DNA of 64,000 bases, taken from contig JALJEE010001458.1 of assembly GCA_023231475.1 (NCBI GenBank), positions 1-64,000 of the forward strand, in the 5' to 3' direction. Below the pieces are notes generated by a model. The model made no database searches, was not told the origin of the DNA, and was given only the letters and a program-made list of their open reading frames with translations. Positions 1-14,196 of the stretch are shown here, piece by piece; positions within the stretch are counted from its first letter, which is position 1; each line of letters begins with the position of its first letter. This DNA is from Seison nebaliae (Eukaryota). A program made the position numbers and the translations under genes.

Positions 1-139
1 GTCACCTTTTTGTAAATTATTGTGTGATTTCGACCCCACTTAATTATTCTTACATTATTTATTATATTATTATTATTATTATATTATACATTACATAGCA
101 TATTGTATAATTGTCTTATTTATTTATTTTATTGTAATA

Positions 140-366
140 AACGCCGAAAATACATATAAATTTGTATAAAAGGGTGGCGAAAACGCCGAAAATATACAAG
201 CAGGATGGCGAACTGTCCATTTTAAGAAAATGAAGCTCAAATTTATACAAAAGGGTGGCGAAAACACCAAAAATACATAAGTAGGGTGGCGAACTGTCCA
301 TTATTAGGGTGGCGAACTATCCGAATGAGAGTGGAAAAAAAAAGGTGGCGAAATAACCGCATACCG
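140..366. mobile_element. Array of short subterminal repeats (GGGTGGCGAA[AAC/CTGTCC]); probable right arm of a non-autonomous foldback/MULE-like DNA transposon
   Basis: About 6 copies of (G)GGTGGCGAA/GATGGCGAA between 171 and 352, including a ~80 bp unit duplicated, ending ...GAAATAACCGCATACCG. The partner arm is not clearly within the window. ORF 116..301 is an artefact of this repeat. Confidence 0.55.
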
Positions 367-799
367 TGAATTCCTCTGCGAACAACTCCATTTAAGAGAA
401 TTCCTCTTCGAATAATATTTTATAAGGAGAATAGTCGCGTGAATTCCGCTCCGATATTTCAGTGAATTCATCTCTGAAAATGAAATCGAATGCTTCAAAA
501 ATATCAAAATATACGGTAAACCGTATTATTGATGTTAATTTAACTAATTAATTTTAGGAAGCATCCAAACACTTGTCTAACTACTTTTTATTCACTCAAT
601 TCCATTTTGAATAAATTCGTTTTGGATGATGGTAACTTTGATGATCATTTCTTAATATAGTATTATTAGATATTATATTAGATAATAAAATATAAGGTCT
701 TAATTAAATGTTGTTCTGAACAATTTGTTCATCTTTAATTATTGAAGATTCTTCAATGAAAGAGTCGATAATAATTTTACAAAGTTGGAAGAAATTTGA

Positions 800-1331
800 A
801 TAACATAATCTTATTGAATTCCTACAATATACAGTAATTCTCCAATAAAGACGATTCTTCAGTTTCATGTTTTGTATAAATTAAGAAAAATAATACTTTC
901 AAGTTTCAAATTCGAAACAATCTAATATCACTTTCTAATCTAATATGTCAATGCATGATTGAATCGTATAAAACATGATATTCTTAATTCATATATTTAT
1001 AAATTCTTCTTTCGATTCTCTGGATGTTTGTCTAATGTTACTATGTATCTGTTGGGAATAATCTGGTTGGGGATAAATTTCAAACTATTTATCCGACTAA
1101 TATTTGAACATCTTCAGCAATTTCTTTCCAACCTAATAAATTTGTTTGTTCTGTATGAATATATTTTATGGAAATAACAAATCTTCTATTTTCATCTTTG
1201 GGAAGGTGAATCGAGTCAAAGAAATTTTTATTATGCTCTCCTTTCGATACTTTTTCTTTAATCGTCAAGTTCCATATTTGATGTTCTAGAATACACTTAC
1301 AAATTCTTTTTTTCGCCTGCTTCTCATCCAT
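800..1331 (-). pseudogene. Possible decayed coding sequence (unknown family)
   Basis: The 80-aa ORF 1089..1331 continues in frame past TAA stops with protein-like sequence (VG*SLKFIPNQIIPNRYIVTLDKHPENRKKNL*IYELRISCF). No family recognised. Confidence 0.25.
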
Positions 1332-1819
1332 TACGACAAATTATTGATTTGTAATAGAAGCATTGCTATTTCATATTCGTTTTTTTCTTCACTTATGTTC
1401 GTAATCAGGGAATATAGATTTTTTTTATCGAAAACGAGTGATTTTTAAACGGACATCTTACGATGGAAACCGAAACCGGAAAAAGAAAAACGGTAGGTCC
1501 GTTATTACAAAGATGTATGCTGATACAAGACAAATAATGAAAACACACCATGGGAAACAAACACATTTTTCTTACGATCTGATTACAGTAATTAGTTGAA
1601 ATAGGGATTCAAAATAAAAGAATTACCTATTCTAATTTACCATTAGTGGAAAATATGAATATTGTGATATTTAAATGATCTAATAAGGAAACTGTAAAAA
1701 TTGTAAAAATTTAAAACTTATTAGTGTTCATAGAATGAATGTCATAGAAAAAATGAAATAAATTTAGATATACATTTGCTTCTCTCATAATTTTTGATTA
1801 CGTCCTCTAACTAGAAAAT

Positions 1820-2475
1820 ACTGCTCCTTTTTTTTTACTTCGTTGGACATTTTTACTCCTTTATAGATAAATTATGGACACTTTTACTCCTTTTTAGAGA
1901 AATTATGGACACTTATACATTCCGGTTTTCTTTTCTGTTGGACAGTTCTGCTCCTTCTTTAGATACGGTGACAAATGCTCCGTGAGACAATTGCTCCTTT
2001 TTTTTCAACCACTTTAGTTTTTTGCATTTTAAAGTAGTTAGGCAGAGAGTAGCATCATAAAAAAGCATATATTCTGAAAGTATTTTTTATGTTATGTTCT
2101 GAAGGTGATGTTCTAACTATGTTTAAAAAATGAAATAAATAAGATAATTATAAATGTCTTGTACCTGCAGGTTAACTTACGTTAGGGAGAAAAAAAAAGT
2201 TATTTTTGAACCTGTTTTTGGCCTTTGATTCTAAATATCTTCACTTATATCTAATCAAACATATCGTAATAGACAACATTGGATAGTGGTGGAAAAATAC
2301 TTTCAGAAAATATGCTTATTAATAATTCTACTCTCTGCCTAACTACTTTAAAATGCAAAAAACTAAAGTGGTTAAAAAAAAGAGGAGCAATTGCCTCACG
2401 GAGCATTTGTCACCGAATCTCTTTTTAAAAGCATCTACACCTTTTTCGGAAATTTGTTGGACAATTGTACATCTA
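1820..2475. repeat. Degenerate GGACA..TnCTCC motif array (older element) interrupted by the MITE at 1961-2420
   Basis: Repeated TGGACA(T/C)TTTTACTCCTTT / GGACAGTTCTGCTCC units at 1843-1955, with a further TTGGACAATTGTAC near 2457. Confidence 0.45.
1961..2420. mobile_element. MITE (~460 bp) with ~125 bp terminal inverted repeats
   Basis: 1961-2087 (AGATACGGTGACAAATGCTCCGTGAGACAATTGCTCC...GTAGTTAGGCAGAGAGTAG...TCTGAAAGTATTTT) is a near-perfect reverse complement of 2294-2420 (...GGAGCAATTGCCTCACGGAGCATTTGTCACCGAATCT). Non-coding interior. Target-site duplication ambiguous (CTTT on both sides at most). Confidence 0.85.
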
Positions 2476-3594
2476 AGCGCAATGTATCATACTAGATGAT
2501 CGATAGAGACAATGTACATGCGTTGTTAAAAAACTGTTCTCCAGAATGTACAAGGATACATGGATTTTTAAGGGCCCTAAAAACTGATCACAAATTGCAG
2601 TAGAAATTGATCGTTAACTGTAAATTTGATAAAAATTTACACATAGAAGTATTTGATGGTCGTGATTTCGATAAAAGAAACAAAAGTTAAAATTATATAT
2701 AATAGGTCTGGAAAAATTCACTTTAAAAAAATATTCAATAATTACGTCAAATCTCAAATTGTATTGTTAATGCATGAAATGTTTATTCTTTCCAAACCCA
2801 TTTACAGCATCTTTAAGATGAACTGACTGTTTTATGATCTATTATTATAGAGTCATAAAAAGATGCATTATCAAATAGCTTATGCCTACTTTACTTGATT
2901 TTTTAATTAATTATTTTAATCGTTTTTTGAAACCTGTCAAATAAAAAATTATATTAATAGTATGAAGTTCTTCTTTTTAATAAAATTAATTCCTAAATTT
3001 ATTTGTTTGATATTTTTTGGGACATATTTAAAAATATTATATAATTTCGCGTCATCCTTCCATCACTGTTTGCTTATTCCACTAAGGAAAAGTCATAATT
3101 TGAGTACATGAAAACATAAAAACGAACCAGTTGATTAATCAAAAATATTATCGCTTTAAATTGTCATTTTTAATAACTTTATTATATTAGTTTTACAGAA
3201 TTTTTATGTCAAACTTGTTCCATTAATTAGACTATAACGTCGGGTATTATACGTTTATTGTATTTATACCATGCGTATATTTCCTTTACATTAAATCCAC
3301 AATTGATTAATGTTAAATCTGCTTTTCTTCTTTTCTTTGAAAGATGGAATTAAACTGTGAGTATCTCACTAGAAATTCTTACTTCTCTTTCTTTTTGTTA
3401 CTTCTGATCATTACTTTCCCTATTGAAATTTTGGTTATCATTTCTTTGTTCTTTTAGAAATTAGTATTATTCGGTTACTGTCATCCTTATGGGGAGAAAT
3501 ATTGATTAAAAGTAAAGAAGATTGAATATTGTTGGAAACAAGAAAAAGATGTACCAAATGAAAATAAAGAAAGAAATCATAATCGTACGATTAT

Positions 3595-5877
3595 TTAACA
3601 TCTTTGACTATTTAGAGATTTCTTCAATTTCATTTCATTATCCCTAAATTTTGAACAGATTACATAATACTTTCGTTGATATAAAATTAACAGTAACTTT
3701 ATTCTTTTATTAATTTTTTCCAATTTTCCTAGGAAAATATTTACATTACAATCCCCATAATTGTATCTAGTATCTTGATTTAGTTCCTTGTTCATTCCTT
3801 CTTCAGTGTTTGGTCCATTGTGTAAGTTTCCATTCTCGTAAGCCTTATATCTTTTATGGACATCTAATGAATATTTTTTCTCTGCACAATTAAATGTTAT
3901 GATTATGTTATCTCTCGTGTTCAGTCGTATGGACCAATGTTGCGACAATTGACATACAATAGGCTGAAAGAGAAACGTTGTCGATGATGATTTGTCTTCT
4001 ATATTTTTCACAAGGTTTTTATCCGATTTGGAGATTCTTGATATAAGGAATCGTTTATATTGCGTATCAAAATATGTATAAAATTCTTTCTTGCAGTTCT
4101 GAGTCCAATACCATTTTTGACGAATACGTCTAATACCGTATTCTTTCGTTCTTCTAATACTCTTTAATGTTTCTCGTATATTTGGGGGGAAAATATCGCT
4201 GCAAGCCCAGTTCTTTAATATATTTTGCGGTCCATTATTTAAAAGGTAACCACAATGTCTATTGTAAATTAACCTATTATATCAGTTATATAATCGTTGG
4301 GAATAAGAATAATTAAATAAAAAATTAGAATCTCATAGTCCATTGTAATGAAGAAAAAAAACTTAGGCAATGGAAGAGCATTTATGTCGTTGATGATACA
4401 TTTGCCAGCAGATTGAATGGAACCAAGTATAAAGGATTGATTTCGATTATTATTTGTTTTTACCTCGTCTTTTCTGAAAAATAAGGTATAAAGATAATTA
4501 TCTTTCTTCCTCGATATTAAACATGCTAATTCTCCCGATGGGTATTTGATATATCCAGTTTGATCGGTGAATATTAAGGAAAATTCTGAACCATTTCGAT
4601 ATAATTTCTTTTCGTATTCAATTTTCCTTTCTCTTATTGAACTTTTCCCAGAAGATGTTCGACTGAATACGGAGGATTGAATGGAGGACAACGACATACG
4701 ATTGGGATTGAATCGATCATTCGTACGATATAACGGTTTTAAAGGAATATTATCTTCGATTACCGTCCATCCTCTGTAAATATACCGACTGTCCGATAAT
4801 TCATAATTTATTCCTTGTGACTGTTTTTCATAAGTTTCCAATTGAGATATTAATCTTTTCTTCTCTTCATCATCAATTTCTGTTTGACTTAATGATGAAT
4901 TATTGACTTCAATATCGTTCTTCTTATTCTTTTCAATCATTTTATTCCTTCTTTTACTTTCCAATAATTTCATAGAATTGCCAATTGGCACTTTCTTTTT
5001 CGTTGTGTTTGTCACCTTAGGCAAACGATTAACGTTATTTAGTTGCCTAATAAGAACTAGAGATCGGTTGTTGTAAAAATAGATTAAAAATAACAATTTT
5101 TTCCTTGGGAATGTTTTTAAACTTTTTACCGAAACAATATTTTCAATCCTGTGAGATAGTTCCCTTTTTGTTTCCAACTCCAACAAACAAATACTTCTCC
5201 CAATGTCTGAAAAAGAATTGACGGATTGAATGTTCGATTCAATAAAATATTTCAAGGATTTGCACGCATTTATGATTTCGTTAAAATGCTGTTGACGATT
5301 GTCAATTGAAAGGAATGATGGCGACGAAGATGATAATAATTTTGATCTTCTGGACCTATATTGTGTATTATAAAAATTAATTGGCTAAATTTTATCAAAC
5401 GAATATATATATGAGATAATAATGACGAAAACTCGAAGTATTGACGGAATATTTTGTGTTTTTTCTCTCTTAATCTTCAAACGTTAAGAATAATTAAGAA
5501 CATCTGAAGAAATAAAAAAGAACAATGTTGCTCGCGGCATTGTTTTGTAATTCAATTTGTTCATTAGATTCTATAGACATAATATATGTACTTAAAAATT
5601 TCAGTAACTTTTCTTGATGATTGGAAAATAATTTAGTCTTATCATCTTCTACTAATTGCCATAACAACTGGACGGCGACATAACAAAGAATAATAAAAAT
5701 AAGTGTATTGATATAATATTTATATAAAAAGAAGAAAGTTAATAGAAAAATCCAATATTCTCGTGAAAAATAAATGAGCTTCCGCTGAAGAATTATGTAA
5801 CGGAAAAACAGGAAACTTGAAAAAGAATAAAGAATAATGATGAAGAGGAATAATAAGAAGTTATGATTAAGTTTCAT
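3595..5877 (-). CDS. FAM194/ERICH6-like protein (multi-exon; both ends uncertain)
   Basis: KLYRNGSEFSLIFTDQTGYIKYPSGELACL and FQPIVCQLSQHWSIRLNTRDNIIITF resemble the FAM194 domain of ERICH6/C3orf20. ORFs 4269..5255 and 3595..4011 join through a GTTTTT..TAG intron, and further short GTT..AG introns lie upstream. Confidence 0.65.
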
Positions 5878-5973
5878 GAAGAAAAATTTTTAAATAAATT
5901 GAATATAAGAAAGGACTAGAATCATGGAAATTATTGCATTGAGTAGCATGTCAAATGTTGAAACATTAATTGA

Positions 5974-8900
5974 TTAATTTCCCGAATTATCGACTAAGCG
6001 AAATGTTTCAAGAAATTCGTTAAAATCAATGAACCCATCCTTATTCAAATCCATAGATTGAGCCATTTCAATGATTGCCGTTTCATCGTTACCAAAATCG
6101 AAGTTACATTTTTCACCAATTCCTGTTGGTAATTTGGTGGATTTACAAATATTGACAGTTGTTTCATTGTCAATAGACAAATCTTGCGTTCTTTCCATTT
6201 GTCTCGACAAGATTTGACAAGCTTCTCGAAATTCATCCAACGATATGAAACCTATGGAAAATGGAAGGATGAACAATTTTATTTCGAACTGCTATTTACC
6301 TGATTTATCTTGATCGATTGCTTGGAAGATTACGCTTAACTCTTCTTTATTCCGGTATAACGCTTCTGTAATCGATTGATTGTTCTGATTATTTCCAGAA
6401 AGTGTCTTCGATTTCAATTTCGATTTTAGTGACCCACTTGTACTTGAACCCTTCTTACCAATTAATACAACACCATTGAACATCGTTTCATACATAATAT
6501 TACCATTGGATGATAATGAACATAATTGTTTGTATAAACACCTCCAAGGAACATTTGGCATTTCCGTAATACGACTCAGAATTTGACACCAATCATTGAC
6601 AGTAATATTGCCAGATTTCTTCTGATCAACCTTCTTAAATTCATTCATCAACATCGATTTGTGGGCAAATATCTTAGACGTTAGATCTTTCATAGCTGAT
6701 TCTTCCAGAGATGACACACTAAAAAAAAGTCGACCGATCTCTTTAAAATAATCTAGAAATAACCTTTCACGCAATGTCATTTTTTTTTGTTGTTTCTTAT
6801 TTGAAACATACTGAACGATGTAAGGAGCCATCTCGGGTAATAATTTGAGATATGCTCCTTTGTTACTACCTTCGTCATAATAGTTCGATGCGGAGAAGAC
6901 TGTTAAAACCTGATCATAATTTTGAAAAAATAATAAATTTGAAATTGAAAAAAACTTTTTTATCATGAATATATTCATATCCTTCTTGCTTACATTCATG
7001 AGATCGTATAAGATATTTCAATCCATATTGATTCAATATCGATTCAGAAATGTCCGGTCCGAAATAACATCCACCACCTCGAAATACATTTGGTTGACAA
7101 CCTTTCTTCACTTTGGGATCACTCCACAATATGTCTAACATTTGTCTCCACTCATTTGTATCAATTCTTTGTAAATCAGTTACACTTTGAATAATGACAC
7201 TTTCATCGGTTTCTGAATCTTTCGCTGGTGGTTGAAGAATTGAACGATACTTCAAGTTAAAATGACATACAACAGATCACCTAATGAAGCGACGAAACTT
7301 TTTCCCGTTTAATATTATTGATATAATTTAGATTTGTGGCATCTGATATTCCACCATGAACAATAAGAGCATATCCGTCAATCACTGTTCCCAATGGTAA
7401 CCATTTGAAAACTTCTTCGAACATCAACAACAACGGCTTCGTATGATTCTAATGAAATTGAACATTTACATGAGGCGTATTATATAGAAAAATAACTTTA
7501 TATTTTGAAGCGACTTCCTTGGTAAAACCATAACGGACATTCATTATGGGATCTTCATGATTTCCACGATTAATAAACACATAATTTGGGTAACATAATA
7601 CGAATGAAAAAAGAAGAAGTGCAATCTCTACAGAATTCTCTCCTCGGTCAACAAAATCACCGTTAAATAAATATGGATTTTCTTCGCTTGGTAATCCGTT
7701 CTGATCATTAAATTAGAATGGGGAATAATGCCATAGTGAAACGAAGGGAAACAAAACTTTATAAAAGATATTTAAGAGGTCGTCCAATTTCCCATGTAGA
7801 TCGCCAACAACCGTTAATTTTGAAATTGGTGGACAAGTGTAATTGCTTGACAATTGTTTCTCACCTGTATTTTCGAAATCAGCGACATTAATTGTTGTGG
7901 TTGTTTTAAGTTTTAGATGATAAATATTCTTCATTCGTTTGAATGCCAATCGAGCATTCAACAGTATTTGTAGAACATATCGAATATGAAGTATCTAAAA
8001 ATCATAATGAATTGGATCCATAATCAATCAGGAAACTTCCTTCTTTTTGAAACTCTCCACCATTCCAACTAAATCGGCTTTCTTTAACGGAAAATGTAAA
8101 GTAAGTCCTTTATATGTTGATTCTATTGGGAAATCTAATATGTCAGGCAGCTCGTAATTGATTGACAACCGTTCTTTCTCATTAAATACCAATCGATTTT
8201 GAATTCGAGCATTATCCATATCAGTTAAACGCATCAATCCATAAAAAAAGTTATATAACTATAACAAGTTGTTTAAAAATTTAGAATTGAAAAAAAATGA
8301 TTAAACTCTTAATTGACTTTGTTCTCCAACATATTCGATACTTTGATAAATACTCCACGCACATTGACGACGTGCTTCTAAACGTGCAACATAACGTCGA
8401 TACCATCGTTGGATTAGTATTGCAGCAGGAATCACTTAATGAAAAATTAAACAGATAAATAGTTTATTAAAAATTATGTCGATTGCATGAAAATGAATCT
8501 TAAATTATTCTTTTTTATTTATCTAATTTACCATTTAATAAATTTAATAATAAACAAAGGGAAACTATAGCCAACGAGACATATTGTTCTTCAGAGGTGA
8601 TTGCAAAGAATCAACTCGATCTGTCGTTTTCTTCTTATCGATCGATTTCGACAAAAAATTGGTAATGATATTATTGGATGTAAGAGCGACAGGCATTTTT
8701 GGAAGGAATGATGAATCACCAGATCCGGAATTTGATGTCAGCATTTTATGATTAACATTAGTCGGATGTCCACTACTCATAGCGATGGAGGCAGATCCAG
8801 AATTTATAGTTGTGACTCTACTTTTTGGAATTGTTGATGAAGTTGTTGATGATGGCGTCGTGATTCTATTTCCGTTCAGTTTAATGTGCGACTGTATTGA

Positions 8901-9116
8901 ATTAATGATGGGCATTATACCAGAGAGTATTGATGTGGATGTTAATAAATTTGATGATTTATTATTAAGATTCTTTGTGTTTGATGGAACTTTATCATCG
9001 ATATTATCGATATTATTATTGTTCTTAAACGAATTCTCATCATTATTATGCACATTCTTATTATCTACTGAGAAATTTTTCAATTTTTTTTCGCTTTCAA
9101 TTATCTTTTCCTTCAT
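5974..9116 (-). CDS. PPEF: Serine/threonine phosphatase with EF-hands (PPEF/rdgC family), ~10 exons
   Basis: IQ motif [20 protein letters not shown] motifs GDLHG, GDFVDRG, RGNHE, HGG, DILWSDP, RSHE and [10 protein letters not shown]-terminal EF-hands DQDKSGFIS and [13 protein letters not shown]. The first exon (8565..9116, S/N/T-rich) is less securely linked. Confidence 0.93.
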
Positions 9117-9269
9117 TTTGTCTAATTAAGCGTACGATGTTATGTTCTTGAATGATCTATTGTTATCCATCTCTACTCACTCTTCATTTGCTATATATGT
9201 CTTCCCATGAAAAAAATTTAGTCCTATTTAATCATAATATCAGGATTAATTTTAAAAAAAATAAACAAT

Positions 9270-10400
9270 CGTCATGGTGATATGATAAAAGAGATTGAAG
9301 GCGGTAAGGCTAATATCGGAAGAATGATCTTTTCTGCTAAATAATTGGAGGTACTAATGGAAGATAGATATGTGGAAAAGTTGAACGTTGAAGATAATTT
9401 CCAATTGCTATCTGAACAACAAAATTCTTCTATAGTTCGCCGAAGATGATATGATCGTATTATTATAATGGATGGTTCCATCGTAGAAAAAAACGAAGTA
9501 AAGGTGTAAATTACAGCTCAATATTTTTTGGAGTAAAAATATGCATCATTTACATCAAGATATATTAACTCAGAAATTCTCAGTAAAATTTTGCCAAAGT
9601 ATTTGGGAAAGTCCACTTCCAAAAATAACTTATATATAAGAAACGATTATAATTATTGATAATGGTCACGAAGGAATTTTCATAAAGAAGAAACAAATTC
9701 TCATCAAAAGAATGAAATATTATCAACTAGGAAATAATTGACTAATTGAAAAGTAATGATTCTGTAACATTTAAGAACATACATTCTGAGAAAGCTCTCA
9801 GTGATAACAGGAAACAGAAATAGAATATTAAATGAATTATTCTTTTTCGATTACACAACGGCCAACGACTAATTTCTTCACAATGCATCTTATGAATCCA
9901 CAACTAATACCCAAATTGGCAATGTCCATATTACTTCCCTGAGAATTAATGTCAATTTCCCAAAATACTTTTTTTCTTAAGAGAATATCACACTGTTTTC
10001 CACAGAAGAAACTTTCGACTTTTGAAAATTTTCTCCTTTTGTGAATTAGTCTAACTACCTCTCCTCCAAGAAACATATCGCCTGATATCAATTACAGTAG
10101 TTCCATTTGCCAATCATCATGTTCGTCAGATAGCTAAGGTGTACGTATATATGAGTAAGCGCTAGAGTTCTATATTCAATTAACAATAATTTCCCATATG
10201 AAATGTGCAGGAGACAAAATTGGAAAAAAATGGGAATGATGTTGATGAATGATAAATTATATGTGCACATTACCAACAAATTCTAATTTTTATGGAATCG
10301 ACTGCCACATAAATGGATGTGGAGAGATATAAATATAATTTATCTTCTGTGGACACCCATTCTGAATTGATTTGGCATGGACTAGAAAGTTATGTAGATT
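9270..10400 (+). pseudogene. Decayed coding relic with an EGF-like cysteine motif
   Basis: Protein-like frame broken by stops (HGDMIKEIEGGKANIGRMIFSAK*LEVLMEDRYVEKLNVEDNFQLL...R*YDRIIIMDGSIVEKNEVKV*), and YMCTLPTNSNFYGIDCHINGC at 10258-10320. Confidence 0.35.
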
Positions 10401-12199
10401 TATTTATTATATCGTTTTATCCGATGAAAGAATCGAAGTACCGAGCAGAAAAAAGAAATTGAATAATTCGTTTATTTTGTTTGTTTCCCTTCAACTAGTT
10501 TCATGCAGACGTCCATGGTCGTGTACATATGCACTACATTCTTATCTAATGATGATTTATTTTTTTCACAACTTCATTTATTAAGAAAAATTTCCTTCTT
10601 TATCATTGAATTCTTCTGAATATTACAGGAGATTGATAAGTTCAAATCTTCCTGTTAATTATTATCTGATTTTGGGATATAGAAGAAGCTATTGTCTCCC
10701 TCTGTATTCATTCTCTACATACCTGACGCTATAGTCCCACACCAAATCAAATAATCGATGATGCCAATGACAAACGACAAATTAACAATTGTTAGTTATA
10801 GCGAAAGGAACATACTTCTTATACGACTTTATTATGCTTCAACTCAAAGTATATACATATATAACGAATAATGTCAATGAAAAAATCTTACCATTGAAAA
10901 ATAAATCGAGCTTAAATGAAATATGACAAGAAACTTGTGAATGATTAATAAGTACACCTTCCCATTCATTTTCTTACTTAGTCGGGTAATGAAATAATAA
11001 GACGATAATTGACGAATAATATGTTAGTCATTTCCATCATACACCTTTAAACTGTTGTATTGATTATTTCGGAGTAATATTGTAAATTGAAAAAATATCT
11101 TTTAAAATTTACTAACCAAATTCAGTATTAGATTATCAGTTCCAACATTCCATTCTATTTGTTTATCGTATTTCGGCTCTTTTATATCTGGACTGTTGCT
11201 ACCACAAACACTAGTAAACAATTTAATTCTATTTTTAACTATTTTTAACCAAATTTAATTCTGTAGAAAATCTTAAAAATTACTATGCGTATACTATTTT
11301 GATTCTTTATGCATCCTGATAATTTGGTTAATATTGAATATTATAAAATAATACCTTTTGAGAGAAACTTAAAAGTTTTCTTTCAAAATCATATTCTCAA
11401 CATCTTATTAATAATAAGTTATTATGATAAAAATTATACATTTCCTAATGTAAGATATTGATTATTGATAATATACAAAAGTATTATCAAATAAAATAAA
11501 TAGACTTGGAATTATTAAATAATATAATAATCATTAACGACGAGTTTTTCTAATCATTGATGACTAATTTTTAACATCATTGATCCATTTTTGTTTACAA
11601 TATCTACTCTATTTAGTCAAAAAATAATTTTAATCTTTTATAAGCAAAAAATGCAACCCAGTAGAAAGAGTACTTAAATAAATTATGTGGTTAATCGTTC
11701 ATCTTTGATGAAATAGAATAAGCAAGAAATGAGATTTCTCAGCGTAAGTGTAACATATTATCGGACATTCAATAAATGTTAGAAGGAGAATTAGTGCTAA
11801 TAATGGTAATATTAAAAAAAAAGAAGAAACAGAATAGAAAGGACAGATATATGACTGAGAATTTCGACAGAAATCTTAAGGTTGTCACTCCAGAATTATT
11901 CTGAATCTTACATTTGTCTTATCTCCTACATTGTGAATGATATGATGTTTTTGCTGACTGACAACAACGACGTTAATGCTGATGATGATGAACTAAATAT
12001 TTTTGTTTTAAAGCATATATAATGAGAATGGAAAATTACGTTTGCTTTCTAAATATGATGTCGTTTTGGCAGGTGTTGAATTGAATATCATATTCATATA
12101 TATAAATTTTTTATAAATTTTATTCATTTAATCATTAACTGTCATAAATCGCTAGGCTCCAATCGACCTTTTAAGACATATGCGTACACCTTGACAAAG

Positions 12200-12560
12200 A
12201 GTCACTCATATAAACACTGATTAATAAGAAAATTGTTGAAGGAATTCTTGTCTTCAAAACAGTCAACATGATGATCAGCTTGATGTGCAAAAATTGACGT
12301 GTTTAAATAGAAGTGGGAGCTACATTTGTGTTCGTACAGGATGAGAGTGAATATGGGTGAATATGTAGACTGGGAGATTTTCTAGACTTAAGACAGTTTT
12401 TAACGTATCATCAAATAGTTGACCTATGGAGAAACGATGACATCATATCCTTTGGAAGTCGATAAAATTCCCGTCCACCATATCACAATTCCAGTTTGTT
12501 TCGAATTCGAATGCTATTTCACATCAGTTTGGATTAATTTGTGCGTTCATTTTTGTGAAC
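12200..12560 (+). pseudogene. Second decayed EGF-like relic
   Basis: TCLNRSGSYICV at 12297-12332 fits the EGF CxNxxGSYxC pattern, surrounded by stops and frameshifts. Confidence 0.35.
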
Positions 12561-12960
12561 GACAAAATTAGTTAAGTGAAAAAATTATTAGTTTCATTAT
12601 CAAACTAACGCTAAAATGAAGATGATTAAAAAGTTAGATTGGAAGAATTTATTATTCTTTTGAAATTTTTCAGTTGCTCTCTTTTCATATAAAAATGTAA
12701 ATATATTTTATTCGAAGCACAAAGTGCTTTATCGTTGTAAGACAAGATTCTACTTTAAATATTATGTAGGAAATTATTACATCTATAATTTACATAAACA
12801 AAATAAATTTTAAAATTAAATTCGAACATATTAATTTCTTTTCAGTTTCATCATGCTATTATTTTCTAACATGTCGAAGAATATCGATTTATCGATAAAA
12901 TAAGTAGTTATGTTGGTAAATTAGGAGGCAAATTTAAACTAACAAACAATTTTTGATTTA

Positions 12961-13540
12961 CTAACAGTTAGAGTCATACGATTTGAGAGTTGAACGATTA
13001 TCAGAATTTGAATTTTCTTTTTTGAGTAGAGGTAATGTCGTTAGAATTCCATCACGATTATTCATTCTTTCAAAGCTGGATCTTCTCGTTTGTTCCACTA
13101 CTTCGTTTTCAATTACTGCCTCCGAATTAGATGAACAGTCGATCGGATTACTGTTAGTTGACGCTGATTCCTTATGATTATTCTCAATAAATTCTGCAGA
13201 AGAATGATCTGTACGATACTGCCTAGAGGAATAAAAGACGAACGATTATTGATTTGAATGAATGAATTTAGAAGAAATATTGAAAATTGTCTTTTTGTCT
13301 CATAAAGAAATGGAGATGTCTATGTATTCTGGTGGATAGAATTTCTCCATTTCCAATATTTCAAGACCAATGTAAGAAAACAGCATTACGCATTAGCAAT
13401 TACTTTCTTTTGTAAATATCATTCGACTCCTAAAATCATGATATCTTCTTTAGGCACAAGGTCTTTACAATTTAATTCAATATTAATGATGCTATTTTTA
13501 TTATGCATTTCTTTTTCATTCTCTTATAACTGAATCCCTC
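12961..13540 (-). pseudogene. Orphan terminal exon (87 open codons) plus degraded upstream exon
   Basis: After the acceptor TTCCTCTAG (13223) the frame reads QYRTDHSSAEFIENNHKES...KSYDSNC*. The upstream frame is interrupted by stops (DIMILGVE*YLQKKVIANA*CCFLTLVLKYWKWR). Confidence 0.35.
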
Positions 13541-14196
13541 ACTGAACATTAAACATGTTATGGTTCTCTAATTTGCTGCAAAATAAAATTGACACAATTC
13601 ATCTATTCTATATCACACGCGCAACATAAACATCGATAAGCATAAATATCAATAATTTTAATCAGTTGAGAAATAAAATTTGAAATTGTAGAAATTTTTA
13701 AACCAAAACCTACGAAGAGTTATGGGATACAGCTTTTTTCAAGAAGTCCAAGCGATCAACTACTTTTTCTGAATGGCAATCTGACAATATTTTAATAGTT
13801 AATCAGACTTTTCCACATCATTTCCCATCACGACTTAATTTGAAGATAGGTCAATGTTCGGAAGAGAAAGAAATGACATGAATAAAAATTTGAGTGATAA
13901 TCTTCTATGAGAAAAAATGATGAGAATAAAACAGTTTGAAACATTTGGAACAAAATATCTGATGGAAAGAAGAAGATATCTGTCAGAATTAATAATTATT
14001 ATAATTGATGAATTGTGCGAAACGGATGAAATGTTTCATTTTTCCTTGCTTGCTTCTCGTTAAGTCTCCCTCCCAATAATTTAAGCATTTACCCTTTCAT
14101 CTTTTAATCAATTGCTATCTATTTGCCTATCTTTTTTGAAAAGATGTAGATCTTCTATTAACATGATGAAAGTAATGAACATGTAGCCAGTATAGT

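Noticed and set aside
116..366. CRISPR-like repeat array / 61-aa repeat ORF
   Set aside because: Eukaryotic context, irregular spacing, spacers themselves duplicated and no cas genes. Better explained as transposon subterminal repeats.
800..13540. Stop-codon reassignment or readthrough explaining in-frame TAA/TGA in intergenic frames
   Set aside because: Conserved genes have no internal stops over many kb and terminate with TAA (NCBP2, DHX16) or TGA (DNAH6). The relics also contain frameshifts.
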